Shown in pieces: positions 27,566 through 40,841 of a stretch of DNA of 64,000 nt. Source of the stretch: Eledone cirrhosa (Eukaryota); contig OZ024758.1 of assembly GCA_964016885.1 (NCBI GenBank), positions 22,506,001 to 22,570,000 on the forward strand, written 5' to 3'. Every line of letters starts with the position of its first letter. Positions within the stretch are counted from its first letter, which is position 1. Position numbers and translations under genes: made by a program. Below the pieces are notes generated by a model. The model was not told the origin of the DNA and ran no database searches. It saw only the letters and a list, made by a program, of their open reading frames with translations.

Positions 27566-28560
27566 ATACTTTGGGAGGGTCATGTTGCCAATAAGAAACA
27601 CACGCACCAGTTGCTTTCACTTCGATTTATTATATATTTATAAATTTATAAATTTACAATTTAGCATAAGATGTACTGAAGGACAATGTAGAAACAAAAA
27701 TATAGTGTAAAAAATATAGTGTACATAGGTGAGACAGCTCGTAGTATAGGGGAACGAATAAATGAACACTGGCGAGACCTTCAAGATAATAAAGAATCAT
27801 CTGTGCTCTACCAACATGCTAAGATAGAACACAGGGGTAGATTAGAGAACATAGAAATAAAAATAGAATCCACACACAGAAAAGATGCAATGTTTAGGCA
27901 AATTACAGAGGCAGTAAGCATAAAAGAATTACAACCAAAATTAAATAGAAAATATGAGTGGAACAGCAACATCACAACTTACAATTAAGGACAAAATGAA
28001 AACACACACAGGACAAAATGAAAACACACACACACATAGAACAAACAACTTACAATTAAGGACAAAATGAAAACACACACAGGACAAAATGAAAACACAC
28101 ACACACATAGAACAAACAACCAACCAACAATAAATAAATAAATAAATAAATAAACAAATAGATAAATGAACACAAACACACACAGACACCCGGAGGTGGC
28201 GCATGCGCAAACTGAGCACACAACACACACACAGAAACAAAATAGCGTAGGATAGAAGAAAGGAAAGGCACAGAAACAAAGAAAGGAATCCCCAGTCACT
28301 GATGAGGTCACAGAGTGTGTGACGAAAGGACTATGACTATATATAAACAACTATCTGGTTGTGGAACCAACCAACCAACCAGAAATTTATAAGTTTGTAG
28401 ATTTGTAAATTTATAAATTTATAAATATATAATAAATCGAAGTGAAAGCAACTGGTGCGTGTGTTTCTTATTGGCAACATGACCCTCCCAAAGTATAACA
28501 ATATCGGTTTCAACACACGATTTCAGATAAAGAATCTTGCTAAACAAATTCAGAAACGAA
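27562..28560 (+). mobile_element. 5'-truncated Penelope-like retroelement (GIY-YIG remnant + hammerhead-bearing terminal repeat + inverted partial repeat)
   Basis: ORF 27719-27988 has YIGET.RS..ER..EH...EA..IK...PKLN, a GIY-YIG C-terminal pattern. 27562-27650 is an inverted copy of about 28410-28500. Flanked by (TA)n. Confidence 0.85.
28294..28338 (+). ncRNA. minimal type I hammerhead ribozyme motif in Penelope-like 3' repeat
   Basis: agtca-CTGATGA-g-gtcaca(gagtg)tgtgac-GAAA-ggac-TA-tgact; about 300 nt downstream of a GIY-YIG remnant. Confidence 0.8.
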
Positions 28561-29222
28561 ATATATATATATATATATATATATATACACCGCATTTGAC
28601 GGTTCACAAGGTGCAAGAGTTTACAAGACTAAACTCAACTTAATTTTGGCAGACTCTCCATTTAAAAAATAAAATACCGTTTATCTGATATTCGTTTCGA
28701 AGATCAAATTTAATATATTCAGCTCCTTATGAAATCTAACTTTTTGTTAGTATGTTAGTATATTTCTTACAAGAATGCATATGTTTCAACTGAATTCTAC
28801 AATAAAGCAAACATTCTAGGATATTATTAGTATATATATATCTGTATATATACATAAATATATATATATTTATTTCGTTTCTGAATTTGTTTAGCAAGAT
28901 TCTTTATCTGAAATCGTGTGTTGAAACCGATATTGTTATACTTTGGGAGGGTCATGTTGCCAATAAGAAACACACGCACCAGTTGCTTTCACTTCAATTT
29001 ATTATTATAAATTTATTATAATAAATTGAAGTGAAAGCAACTGGTGCGTGTGTTTCTTATTGGCAACATGACCCTCCCAAAGTATAACAATATATATATT
29101 TAAGTATATATATATTGTTTTTGGTTGGGTCATATTGTCATAATATTTTTTGCCAGATAAATTAACTAGCGAGATATAAAAATACAGAAGCAAAAACCAA
29201 TCCAAACCAAACAGTGAGTGTG

Positions 29223-29275
<53 letters not shown>

Positions 29276-29313
29276 TTTCTGGCAATTATAACAATATGAC
29301 CCTCCCCAAACAT

Positions 29314-29353
<40 letters not shown>

Positions 29354-30060
29354 CAATAGAGGAAAGTTGGTTGATGAAATCCGTAGACTTTGGTTGTAAA
29401 CAGACGTAAAGCACTCCACGACTTGTATTATCAGTAAGGTATCAACCGGAGTGACAATTTCATAAAGGAGAGAGACGATTTAAATGTACATGCTCTGTTT
29501 ATTATATAATAAATAGAGGATGTACATTTAAAACCGTCTCTCTTTTTTATAAAACACACACACACACACACTCATATACATTTATTGTTGTTTTATGAAA
29601 CTCTTGCGTTTATATGGTGCAGGCATATTCTGTGAGTACCGGTTTTTTTTAAAACAAAAACGTGCGCCTTATCTGCCGTCAAATACAGTAATTCTTAATT
29701 GTTAAACCTGACAACATCAACACGTGGGAATAATGAAGAATTTATATAATTAAGTATTACATATATTGCTGTGCACAGCATGTGTGCTATGTTGTGAAAT
29801 GTTAATTAACGAATCACTCAAGCACAAACTTAAAAGGCATTTGGAGACGAAGCAAATATTTTGCAGGAAAAGGAAATTATATATTTGAAAGAGGTGTTAA
29901 ACGGTGGTTCAAGCAGTAGTACTATATTTTCTGTGTAAAAAATTACTTCGGCGATATTCGTCTTAACCGTGTGATTTAAATATCTCTCTTTAAATCCGAA
30001 AGTACAAAAGAAAAGGAAACTAAGTTAAAACAATAAACGAGGGTAAAAAATGGTTAAAAG

Positions 30061-30734
30061 GACGAAAATAACTTGAAAATGGAATTACAAGACATACGAA
30101 AGGAGAAGTGGAGAGAAAAATCACTCCACAAACAATTCCACGCAAAATTCGATAGAGAAGTAAGCAAAATAGAAGTCAACAACATCTTAGAAGCTCTGAA
30201 CTAAAAGTGGACACAGAACGCCTGATTCTCGTAGCAGAAGGCCAATGTCTGTCTACAAACAACTAAAGGAATAAAACCAAAACAATGAAAATGACCCTGA
30301 CACTACATGCAGTACATGTGTAACCACATCATCTCCAGCAACCTAGTCCCTGTCGAGTCGGAATATATACCCAGACATGATCGAGTTGACAACTATATCT
30401 ACTGGGCAATATGCCAACACTTCGACGTGAAAACCTTCAAGAAGTGATATAAATATGTCCCACATACAGTATGTATGGTCCCGTAACTCCTGATGGAATC
30501 GTAAGGGCGCCATATTGACATACGGCATTTCTTGGGCATTTTAAGCCCATCTCTGTCCAGGCCTGCGTACACCAGATTTCTTCCAGAGAAGACTCTTAAC
30601 TTCTGTATGTATATATGATCCCGTAACTCCTGATAGTCATAAGGGCGTCGTATTGACATACGGCGTTTCTTGGGCATTTTTAAGCCTGGCGGAGCCCATC
30701 CCTCTCCGGGCCTGCGTACAGCAGATTTCTTCAT

Positions 30735-30806
<72 letters not shown>

Positions 30807-31130
30807 AAGAAAGAGGTACAGAGAAAGAATCCACCCCAGTATTAGACTGGTACTTTTTTATCGACCTCGAAAGGATGAAAGGCAAAGTTGACCTCGGCGG
30901 GATTTGAACTCAGAGAGCAGAGAACCAGAACGAATACCATAAAGCATTCTATCCAATGTTCTAATGACTGCCAATTCGCCGTCTATCAAATACTGTATGT
31001 GGCCACAATAATCGGGGGTATGGCTATCGAATGAATGGTCATATGACTATGACAAAGAAATTAAGGAAAAGCATCCAGATATAATAGACAAGGACTGAAA
31101 AAAAAACACCGATAGGTATCGGAATCCCTT
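30061..31130 (+). mobile_element. decayed RLE-type (R4/Dong/NeSL-like) non-LTR retrotransposon C-terminus, interrupted
   Basis: Frameshifted motifs KWREKSLHKQF, LKVDTERLILVAEGQCL and RHDRVDNYIYWAICQHF, later KHPDII. Interrupted by (GA)n and a SINE. Confidence 0.65.
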
Positions 31131-31973
31131 CTAAAATATTGTGAATCAAATTGGGTAGAAGGAAACTATTTGGAAGCTTTCGAACTGATTGTACATGTAA
31201 TTCAAACGGCCAGCCTTGTCACACATTGTGACACTGAATCTCCCTGAGAATTACATTAAGGGTACACGTGTCTGTGGAATACTCAGTCACGCGTTGATTT
31301 CATGAGCAGTCTGTTCTGTTGATCGAACTGGAACACACAACCAGCATCCATTTCTTAGAAATTGATAGAGATAAATATAGATACATTTGAAAAATAACAA
31401 CCCTTGTATCTGTTAAACGTTGAAAATGTTTGTTATCCTTAAACATATTTGTTACTCCTGAATATCTTCATTAATCATAAACACCCTTGTTTTACTATTG
31501 AGTACTTCTACGCAAATTCTACATAGGGCGATTAATTTTTGCTCCAAGAAACATGAGCTTGGTTGGTCTAACTTGGGGATCCAGCCGGATCAATTGGAGA
31601 CGGTTGTTTCTGACGGGACCCGTTGGATGACATGCTTGAGGACTCCACTCCCACGCCCCTCTCAGAAATAAGTGGGCAAAGAAGAAGAAGAAGAAGAAGA
31701 AGAAGAAGAAACAAAACTATTGCTGTATTTCTTAAACTAGTTATGATAACAATAATTACTTTTTACATTGGCACAATGTAAAAATTTGGTGGGGAGGAAT
31801 AGTTAGTTGATTATATCGAACCCTGTACTTCTCTGGCACTGAATTTTATCGATTTCAGTGGAACGAAAAGCTAAGCTGACATTGGAGAGATTTGAAGTCA
31901 GAACGTATGCCTCAAATGGGACAAACCCGTCTAACCCATGCTAACGTGGAAAGTAGACGTTAAACGATGATGA

Positions 31974-32037
<64 letters not shown>

Positions 32038-32412
32038 AAATATGATAATAAGGGCGCTGCGGAGTTGCAAATGGGTTACATATGAAAAAAGTTTGTCCTT
32101 CATCAGTGATCTTCCAACCACCATAGGCATTTCATCGCTTTAAAGACCGTATACCTCCGGTTGGTGCGAGCAACGGCTAAAAAAAGTCGTTGGGACACGT
32201 AAATAAAGGGGACGCGAGGGTAAACAAACAAAATGGTGAAGCAACAGAAAGTGAGGAAGAAGGAGACAAGTCCCAGATTTCTATGAATTTAAGTTCGGTG
32301 AAATCGTGAACGAGAGAATAAAGACCATCAAACCTGGTTGAAATGTGAGCAAGGAAGGAATTTCGCACAGGTCTAACGGGAGGAAGAAGGGGTCTGGTCT
32401 GCGAATTCGGTA

Positions 32413-32453
<41 letters not shown>

Positions 32454-32611
32454 TTTGGAAAGAGGGATGTATTTAATTATGTCTCATATAAAATAATACA
32501 ACAAGATGCAGTAACTAAATACCGCGAGGTTTTATTTTTCTCGCTCTCTAACGAAACAATAACATAAACATAAACAGCGGCTTTGTAACCTATACAAGAA
32601 GTGAAACTTAC

Positions 32612-32684
32612 CTTGCTGGGAACATAAGAGCAGAACAAGAGCAAGCCAGATTCCTCGGAACCATATGTTGTGACTGTTAGATGG
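32612..32684 (-). CDS. GH18 chitinase exon 1 of those found (signal peptide, PSNSHNIWFRGIWLALVLLLCSQQ)
   Basis: Polypyrimidine tract + cag acceptor and G|gtaag donor (phase 1). Joins in frame to the next exon to give ...[17 protein letters not shown], a hydrophobic signal peptide. No in-frame ATG inside the exon. Confidence 0.75.
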
Positions 32685-34030
32685 CTGGATGTGAGGAAGC
32701 AGAAAAACAAAGAAAGAAAATGAAATATAAATTATTTTCATTTCTTATTCTGTAGGGGTAAATATAGCCATTTTAGGCTCCATTGTAGTTAAAGATATCT
32801 ATGTGATGTTAATGTGGCTGGCGTTGAATTTGAACTGTTGCAACTGGGGGGAATAAGGGGCAGGATGGTAACTAATAATAATTAAGGTGTTGATGTAATC
32901 GCTTAGTCCTAAGTTGGCTCTGATCCAACAGACCTTTGATTAAAAGTATTGAAGACATGGCCATCCGGTTTAGATTTATTTTTCAGAAATATTATACACG
33001 GAGTTATATTATTCAATGGGGTTCTTTTTATAAATGATAAGCTGTGGTTTGAAGGAAATTTGGCTGCTATTTCTTGCAGGTCAATAGATCACGTATAGAC
33101 TCCATTGTTGTGTTATCAAAGTAACGTTTGTGATGGTGTAAGGTAGAGAAATAGTAGTGAGGATGGGGGTGGATGAGGTGGCTATGGAAGAGGACGAGAG
33201 ACGTAAATAGTAGTGAGGATGGGGTGGATGGGGTGGATGGGGTGGCTATGTAGTAGTGAGGATGAGGTGAATGGGGTATCTATAGAAGAGAAGGAGAGAC
33301 TATGTGGTAGTAGCAGTAGTAATACTCGCTTTTCAAATTCATCGATTGGAAGATAAAAATAACCGAATGAGATTAATGCGTTTAATATAGTTCACTGCGA
33401 GATTACCTCTTTCTAATCTATAGTACTCTTCACACTACCGTAATAGCAGCAGTTTCTACTTTTGGCACAAGGCCAGCAATTACACAGTACATTACTGGTA
33501 CTTTATTTTATCGTCCAGTAAGGATGAAAAGCAAAGTTTACCTCGGCGGGATTTGAACTCAGTTCGTAAAAGGACGTAGCTGTGCTGCAAAGCATAGCGT
33601 CCGACCCTCTACGGATACGGCCTAACAGTTTCTTTCAATGAATACAGGGATACAGGCCTTATATCTTTCTAATCTATGGCACTGGATTATGTATATAAAA
33701 TTATTTCTAGTATAGGCACAAGGCCAGTAATTTTTTTTTTGGGGGGGGGGCGAAATCGATTAAAATGAACCCAGTGCATTACTGGTGCTTTATTTTATCG
33801 ACCCCGTAAACATGAAAAGCAAAGTTAACTTCAGCGAAATTTGAACTCAGACTGTAAAGGAGTGTAACTCTATACTGCAAAGCAAAGCATAGTGTCCGAC
33901 CCTCTACCGATACTGTCAATCCACCACCCTTTTGTATTGTGTATATAAAATACAAACAATAATGGTTCAGACCTGCCAACTTCTAAAAACCCAAACGGGG
34001 AGAAATGAGGCAAAATGGGGAGATTTTACA

Positions 34031-34220
34031 TAATTGTTTCTACTTTAGGCACAAGGCCAGCAATTACCCAGTGCATTACTGGTACTTTATTTTATCGACC
34101 CCGTAAGGATGAAAGGCAAAGTCAACCTCGGCGGGATTTGAACTCAGATCGTAAAGGGACGTAACTATGCTGGAAAGCATGGCGTCCGACCCTCTACCGA
34201 TACTGCCAATCCACCGCCCA
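34031..34220 (-). mobile_element. full-length tRNA-derived SINE (dominant family) with 14-bp TSD
   Basis: A box TGGCAGTATCGG, B box GAGTTCAAATCC, central gcctttcatcctt..ggggtcgataaaat segment (resembles the Deu/Nin domain), (tta) tail. TSD ggggagattttaca at 34017-34030 and 34221-34234. About 30 copies in the window, e.g. 6046-6232, 11872-12060, 57161-57350, 57446-57632 (+); 1680-1862, 12555-12742, 13980-14172, 38770-38960, 41645-41830 (-). Confidence 0.9.
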
Positions 34221-34529
34221 GGGGAGATTTTACACAATGAAAGCTGTACTGTACCTATGTTCACAAGAGAAGACATCTCTCACCCACCCGAAAGTGGGTG
34301 GGAGATCTCCCCGTTGACCCCAGTGTGTGACTGGTACTTTATTTTATCGACCCCCGTAAGGATGAAAGGCAAAGCTAATCTCGACAGGATTTGAACTCAG
34401 ATTATAAAGGGACGTAACCTTATGCCATAAAGCATGTTGTCCGATGCTCTACCGCCATCATCATTGAGACAATATTAACACAAATATTCAGGGCGTAAAC
34501 ATTCCACGTTTGTTGTTCTATCTAATAAT

Positions 34530-35094
34530 TGTTCCTACTTTAGGCACAAGGCCAGCAATTACCCAGTACATTACTGGTACTTTATTTTATCGACCCCGTA
34601 AGGATGAAAGGCAAAGTTAACCTCGGCGGGATTTGAACTCAGTTTTAAATAATAATAATTGTTTCTACTTTAGGCACAAGGCCAGCAATTACCCAGTATA
34701 TTACTGGTACTTTATTTTATCGACCCCGTAAGGATGAAAGGCAAAGTCAACCTCGGCGGGATTTGAACTCAGTTTTAAATAATAATAATTGTTTCTACTT
34801 TAGGCACAAGGCCAGCAATTACTCAGTACATTACTGGTACTTTATTTTATCGACCCCGTAAGGATGAAAGGCAAAGTCAACCTCGGCGGGATTTGAACTC
34901 AGTTTTAAATAATAATAATTGTTTCTACTTTAGGCACAAGGCCAGCAATTACCCAGTATATTACTGGTACTTTATTTTATCGACCCCGTAAGGATGAAAG
35001 GCAAAGTTAACCTCGGCGGGATTTGAACTCAGACTGTAAAGGGACGTAACTATGCTAGAAAGCATGGCGTCCAACCCTGCCAATTCCCCGACCC
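34530..35094 (-). mobile_element. SINE with 130-bp 3' part tandemly repeated 4x, 19-bp TSD
   Basis: Period 130 (34651, 34781, 34911); TSD tgttgttctatctaataat at 34511-34529 and 35095-35113. Confidence 0.85.
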
Positions 35095-35766
35095 TGTTGT
35101 TCTATCTAATAATGTATTATCCGATGTAGCTTTCCATTTTATTTTTCAAGATGACAGGATGCGATCTGATGGAGGACCAGAGGCTCCTTTGAGCTGGTGT
35201 CAGAGTAAGGTACATTATATCGTTGTATGCAGGCAGTATCAATAGAGCGTTGGACAACATACTTAGCAGCATAGAGTTACGGCCTTTTACGTTCTGAGTT
35301 CAAATCCCGCCTAGGTTAGCTTTTGCCTTTCATCCTTACGGAATCGATAAAATAAAGTACCAGTAATGCACTGGGTCGATTTGATCGACTCCCCCCCCCC
35401 CCGTCAAATTGCTGTCCTTGTGCCTAAAGTAGAAACAGTTATATCCCTGTATGACTAGCGGGAAACTTGTTTAATTGGATGCTGTTTTGTAAGTTTGTGC
35501 TTGTTTATCATAAGTAATCAAATTCTCAGTTGAGATCTGTTTGGAATGGGTCAACGTCCACCAAGAACATTTGCTTTAAATACACGACTAAATACGTAGC
35601 GTTCTTGTAACATAATTGGCAAAATTGGGGGCCATTCTTCAGAACATTCGAAAACATACTTCGAATTGCTACATCGACATCTTAAAATACGAAACAGTTT
35701 AAAGATCTGCGATTAAATATTATTGTTTATCAGAATTTATAGGAATTGAATTCTATCTACATACCC

Positions 35767-35941
35767 AGACCTGTCAACTCTCCCTGTCGGACGGGAGATC
35801 TCCCACCCACTTTGGGGTGGGTGATAGATGTGTATAGCTTTCATTATGTAAAATCTCCCAATTTTGTCTAATTTCTCACCGTTTTGGGGCCTTTTTGTTC
35901 ATAGTACTCCTCGTTTGGGATTTTAGAGGTTGGTAAGTCTG
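35767..35941. mobile_element. hAT-like MITE (TIR CAGACCTG.CAAC); second copy from 33968 interrupted by a SINE
   Basis: cagacctgtcaac ... gttggtaagtctg; internal sequence homologous in inverted orientation to 33968-34315. Confidence 0.6.
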
Positions 35942-36381
35942 CATACCATTTTAAAATAAAGTATATTTCATAGCAATAGGAATCCTTAGATAGAAATCTG
36001 TTTCAATTGTTAAGAAAATATTACTTCCTGGCATTGACAAAGGCTGGGATTTATAAAGAAACAAAATGTGTATCATTTGTTTTGAGTACAAGCGGCGGCG
36101 TCAGTGAAATCAAAAGCTGCAATGTAGAATCGAAACCGCTATACCAAGATTAGGGGTTTTATTCACTTTTGCCTAGAATGCTTTTACAAACACGTTTCTA
36201 GGATATTTTTCTTTGTTTGTCATCTAATAATCTATTGCAGAAAACCAGTTTATATATACTGTTTATATATCGAGAGGCAAGTATTAGACTTTAGTATAGA
36301 ATATAAAATAAAATATTTCATATGTAAATAAGAACAGATCCGCCAACAAAACAAACCTCTCTCTCTCCTCTCTCTCTCTCC

Positions 36382-36415
<34 letters not shown>

Positions 36416-36416
36416 A

Positions 36417-36464
<48 letters not shown>

Positions 36465-36594
36465 GTGAGTATAACCGAATATACACAAAATAGGAAAGAG
36501 AAGAGATAGACAGATTATATATATATATATATATGCATGTATATATATATATATATATGCATGTATATATATATATATATATATATATAAATGC

Positions 36595-36630
<36 letters not shown>

Positions 36631-36691
36631 GCATGTATATATATATATAAAAAATGCATGTATATATATATATATATATATATATAAATGC

Positions 36692-36733
<42 letters not shown>

Positions 36734-36783
36734 GCATGTGTATATATATATATAAATGCATGTGTATATATATATATAAATGC

Positions 36784-36819
<36 letters not shown>

Positions 36820-36852
36820 GCATGTGTATATATATATATATAAATGCATTGC

Positions 36853-36888
<36 letters not shown>

Positions 36889-37041
36889 GCATGTGTATAT
36901 ATATATATAATGCATGTATATATATATAAATGTAAGTATATATATATATATATATATAAATGTATGTATATATATATATATTATATATATATGTAATATA
37001 TACATACATACATACATATATACATTCACACACATAGCCCT

Positions 37042-37099
<58 letters not shown>

Positions 37100-37247
37100 C
37101 ATATATATATACATGTATGTATTACATAACATTTCTTTTTTGTGTGAGATGTAGTGTATATTGATAGAGCTTGCTCTTACCTGCATATTTTCACGTATAT
37201 ATATATGTATATATATGTATATATATGTATATATATGTATAAGTATG

Positions 37248-37284
<37 letters not shown>

Positions 37285-37524
37285 TGTATGTATATATATA
37301 TATATAGATATATATATATAGCACAGTTTAGTCGTTAAAATTGCTTCCAAGTTGTTGGATCCGATACAGAAATTGAAAGAATTAGTTATCTGCTTGCAAG
37401 GATCTCGAACCAAGCTAATCCTAGCGATAGTGAACTGCTTCGCGGCTGCCTTGTTTGTCAACGTCGACCTGAGCTTTCTCACTGACGACGAAAATGCGAC
37501 CGATTTGGCAAAATCTAATGGGTT

Positions 37525-37724
37525 NNNNNNNNNNNNNNNNNNNNNNNNNNNNNNNNNNNNNNNNNNNNNNNNNNNNNNNNNNNNNNNNNNNNNNNNNNNN
37601 NNNNNNNNNNNNNNNNNNNNNNNNNNNNNNNNNNNNNNNNNNNNNNNNNNNNNNNNNNNNNNNNNNNNNNNNNNNNNNNNNNNNNNNNNNNNNNNNNNNN
37701 NNNNNNNNNNNNNNNNNNNNNNNN
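37525..37724. other. assembly gap (200 N)
   Basis: Run of exactly 200 n. Confidence 0.99.
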
Positions 37725-38021
37725 GCTCGGTTACCCATAGGTATAGTGAGCCGACATATAGTGGGTTGAGGCGGATCATATCCCCTGGGTGGAGCAAGTT
37801 TATATGAAGCTAGAACAAAACTAAATAAACTAATAAACAAATAAATAGAAAAACAATTAAAAGAATAAAAATCTAAAAAAATGTTTTTTTAAATGCTGCG
37901 GTGCTCCAGCATGGTCTCAGCCTGGTGGCTGGAACAGGTAAAATAGTAAATAACTCCTGCACCCTAGGCCCAAAGCCCAATTACCCTCCCGCCTCACCCC
38001 CTCTCTTCTGCAACACCAGAG

Positions 38022-38095
<74 letters not shown>

Positions 38096-38107
38096 TGCGT
38101 GCGTGTG

Positions 38108-38164
<57 letters not shown>

Positions 38165-38496
38165 GCGCGCGTCTGCCTATCTCTCTCTCTCTGTATATAT
38201 TCTATTCCTCTATATTCTAGTATACACTAATTAGGGATCTTAACATATTAAAGATCTTAATGGATAAATATTTTTTTTAAATGGTCGGTCACAGTTTATT
38301 TAGTTTTGTTCTAGCTTCATATAAACTTGCTCCCCAGGGGAAATGATCCGCCTCAACCCACTATATGTCGGCTCACTATACCTATGGGTAACCGAGCATG
38401 TAAACGCATCTATTTGGCACCCGACCATTGACACAAAATCAAGATGGCGTAGGACAGAACAAAGGAGAGGCACAAAAACAAAGAAAAGAATCCCCA

Positions 38497-38539
38497 GTCA
38501 CTGAAGAGGTCACAGGATGTGTGACGAAAGAACTTTGAC
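38497..38539 (+). ncRNA. hammerhead motif, same family as 28294
   Basis: gtca-CTGAAGA-g-gtcaca(ggatg)tgtgac-GAAA-gaac-TT-tgac. Confidence 0.7.
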
Positions 38540-40034
38540 AATATATGAACAATCATCTGGTTGTGGAACCAACCAACCAACCGGAAATTTATAAATTCCT
38601 AAAGTTATAAATTTAATTTATAATAAATTGAAGTTATATAGCTGGTGCGTGTGTTTCTTATTGGCAACATGACCCTCCCAAAGTATAACAATATTTTTTT
38701 TTAAATATCTAAATCCTAAAAGTTGAGTCCTATCCTCAAAGGGGCCCACGTCCCATAATTCTGGCTATATAATTGTTTCTACTTTTGTCACAAGGCCAGC
38801 AATTACCCCCAGTACATTACTGGTACTTTATTTTATCGACCCCGTAAGGAGAAAAGGCAAAGTTAACCTCGGCGGGATTTGAACTCAGAATGGAAAGGGC
38901 CGTAACTCTATGCGTCAAAGCATGGCGTCCGACCCTCTACCTATACAGCCAATCCATCGCCTGGTTATATATTAAGGAGCAAATATTTTATTATTCCACA
39001 GTAGGAAAGCCAACATACAGCCATAAGCCACAAACTGACACCATCTCCCAACACAGTCCTACATTTACAACCAGAATAATTGTTTCTACTTTTGGCACAA
39101 GGCCAGCAATTACACCAGTGTATCACTGGTACTTTATTTTATCGACGATGCAACGGTGAAAAGCAAAGTTAACCTTGGCAGGATTTGAACTCAGACCATA
39201 AAGGGTCGTAACGCTCTCCTGCAAAGCATGGCGTACGACCCTCTACCGATAATGCCAATCCACCGCCAGAATAATTGTTTCTACTTTTGGCACAAGGCCA
39301 GCAATTACACCAGTGCATTACTGGTACTTTATTTTATCGACCCCCGTAAGGATGAAAGGCAAAGTTAACCTCGGCGGGATTTGAACTCAGACGATAAACG
39401 GCCGTAACTCTCTGCTGCAAAGCATGGCGTCCGACCCTCTACCGATATGGCCACACCACCGCAATGATACATTCATTTGCAAGCTTGTACAAAAAACATT
39501 CAACAACAATGATAATAGCGACTAACACTAGAATATCTTGATGAAACACTAGCTGTCTAAGGTGTTAGCTTCTAAGTCTGATGTTAATACAACAATGCTG
39601 TTTTCTACTTTACATTCAACTACATACAAAATACCACTGACAAGAGTTCAAAGTAACAACATTCCTGTCACTTTCGTTAAATACTCTTTACTGTTGTTTC
39701 TTCAATGTATTCATTGTAAGGAGAAGTATGAAAGTCTAATGGCTGCCATTATTATTATTTTTTACGCCATGCTTTCCAGCATAGTTACGTCCCTTTACGA
39801 TCTGAGTTCAAATCCCGCCGAGGTTGACTTTGCCTTTCATCCTTACGGGGTCGATAAAATAAAGTACCAGTAATGCACTGGATAATTGCTGGCCTTGTGC
39901 CTAAAAGTAGAAACAATTATTATTATTTTTTATAGTACTTCACATACGATCTGTGTTACACACACACACACACACACACACATACATACACACACATCCG
40001 TATGTGGTTGAGGGTTGAGAGAAAAGAGTACTCA

Positions 40035-40065
<31 letters not shown>

Positions 40066-40095
40066 TGTATGTATGTATGTATGTATGTATGTATG

Positions 40096-40128
<33 letters not shown>

Positions 40129-40841
40129 GTGTGTGTGTCTATATATATATTTAAAAGAAAGGAAACGTATGACTTCACTTGTAGTTCTAAACAATTTGAT
40201 TTAATTTTATAATATCATGATTTGGTAGCTCTAGTAAGTGCTTTGTTAACTTCGTTCGGAAGATTTTAAAAGATTCCCGGTTAACTTTCCTGGAGAACTT
40301 TCTCGCATTCGTCGGTGGCGATTGTCAAACGAAGTTAACAAAGAACTTAGTAGATCTACCAAATATTATAAAATTAAATCAAATTGTTTAGAACTACAAG
40401 TGAAGTCATTCTTTTCCTTTTTTTAAACATACCAAACTGTACCAAGGATTTCACACATTTTAAATTATGATAATATAAAATTATGGAAATATAAAATTGT
40501 TTTTAAATTTAGTATTCTAAATGCCTAAATGAAAGCCATGCGAGTATCTTTTATGGAAATCTATGAAATAAATACACCATAATATCTTTATGGCGACGTA
40601 GAAGTCATTTCTTCTCCGTCTGTCTCTTAAATATTATAGAAAGAGAAATAAATGTTTGAAAATACAAAAAGTCACAGTATAAAATACATCTGGTAGCTTT
40701 GTTCTCCACCCATTTCTCCTACGTAATTACAAAAGAGGCGGGGTTATAGGAAGTGTAGAAACAACAAAACCTAACAAAAATAAACCCACCCCAAACATGT
40801 TTAACATACCCCTTACATAAAATTTGTGAGTTACTCTAATA

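Noticed and set aside
37321-37524. Open frames on both strands next to the N gap
   Set aside because: Short, truncated by the gap and with no recognisable motif; ORFs spanning the Ns are artefacts.
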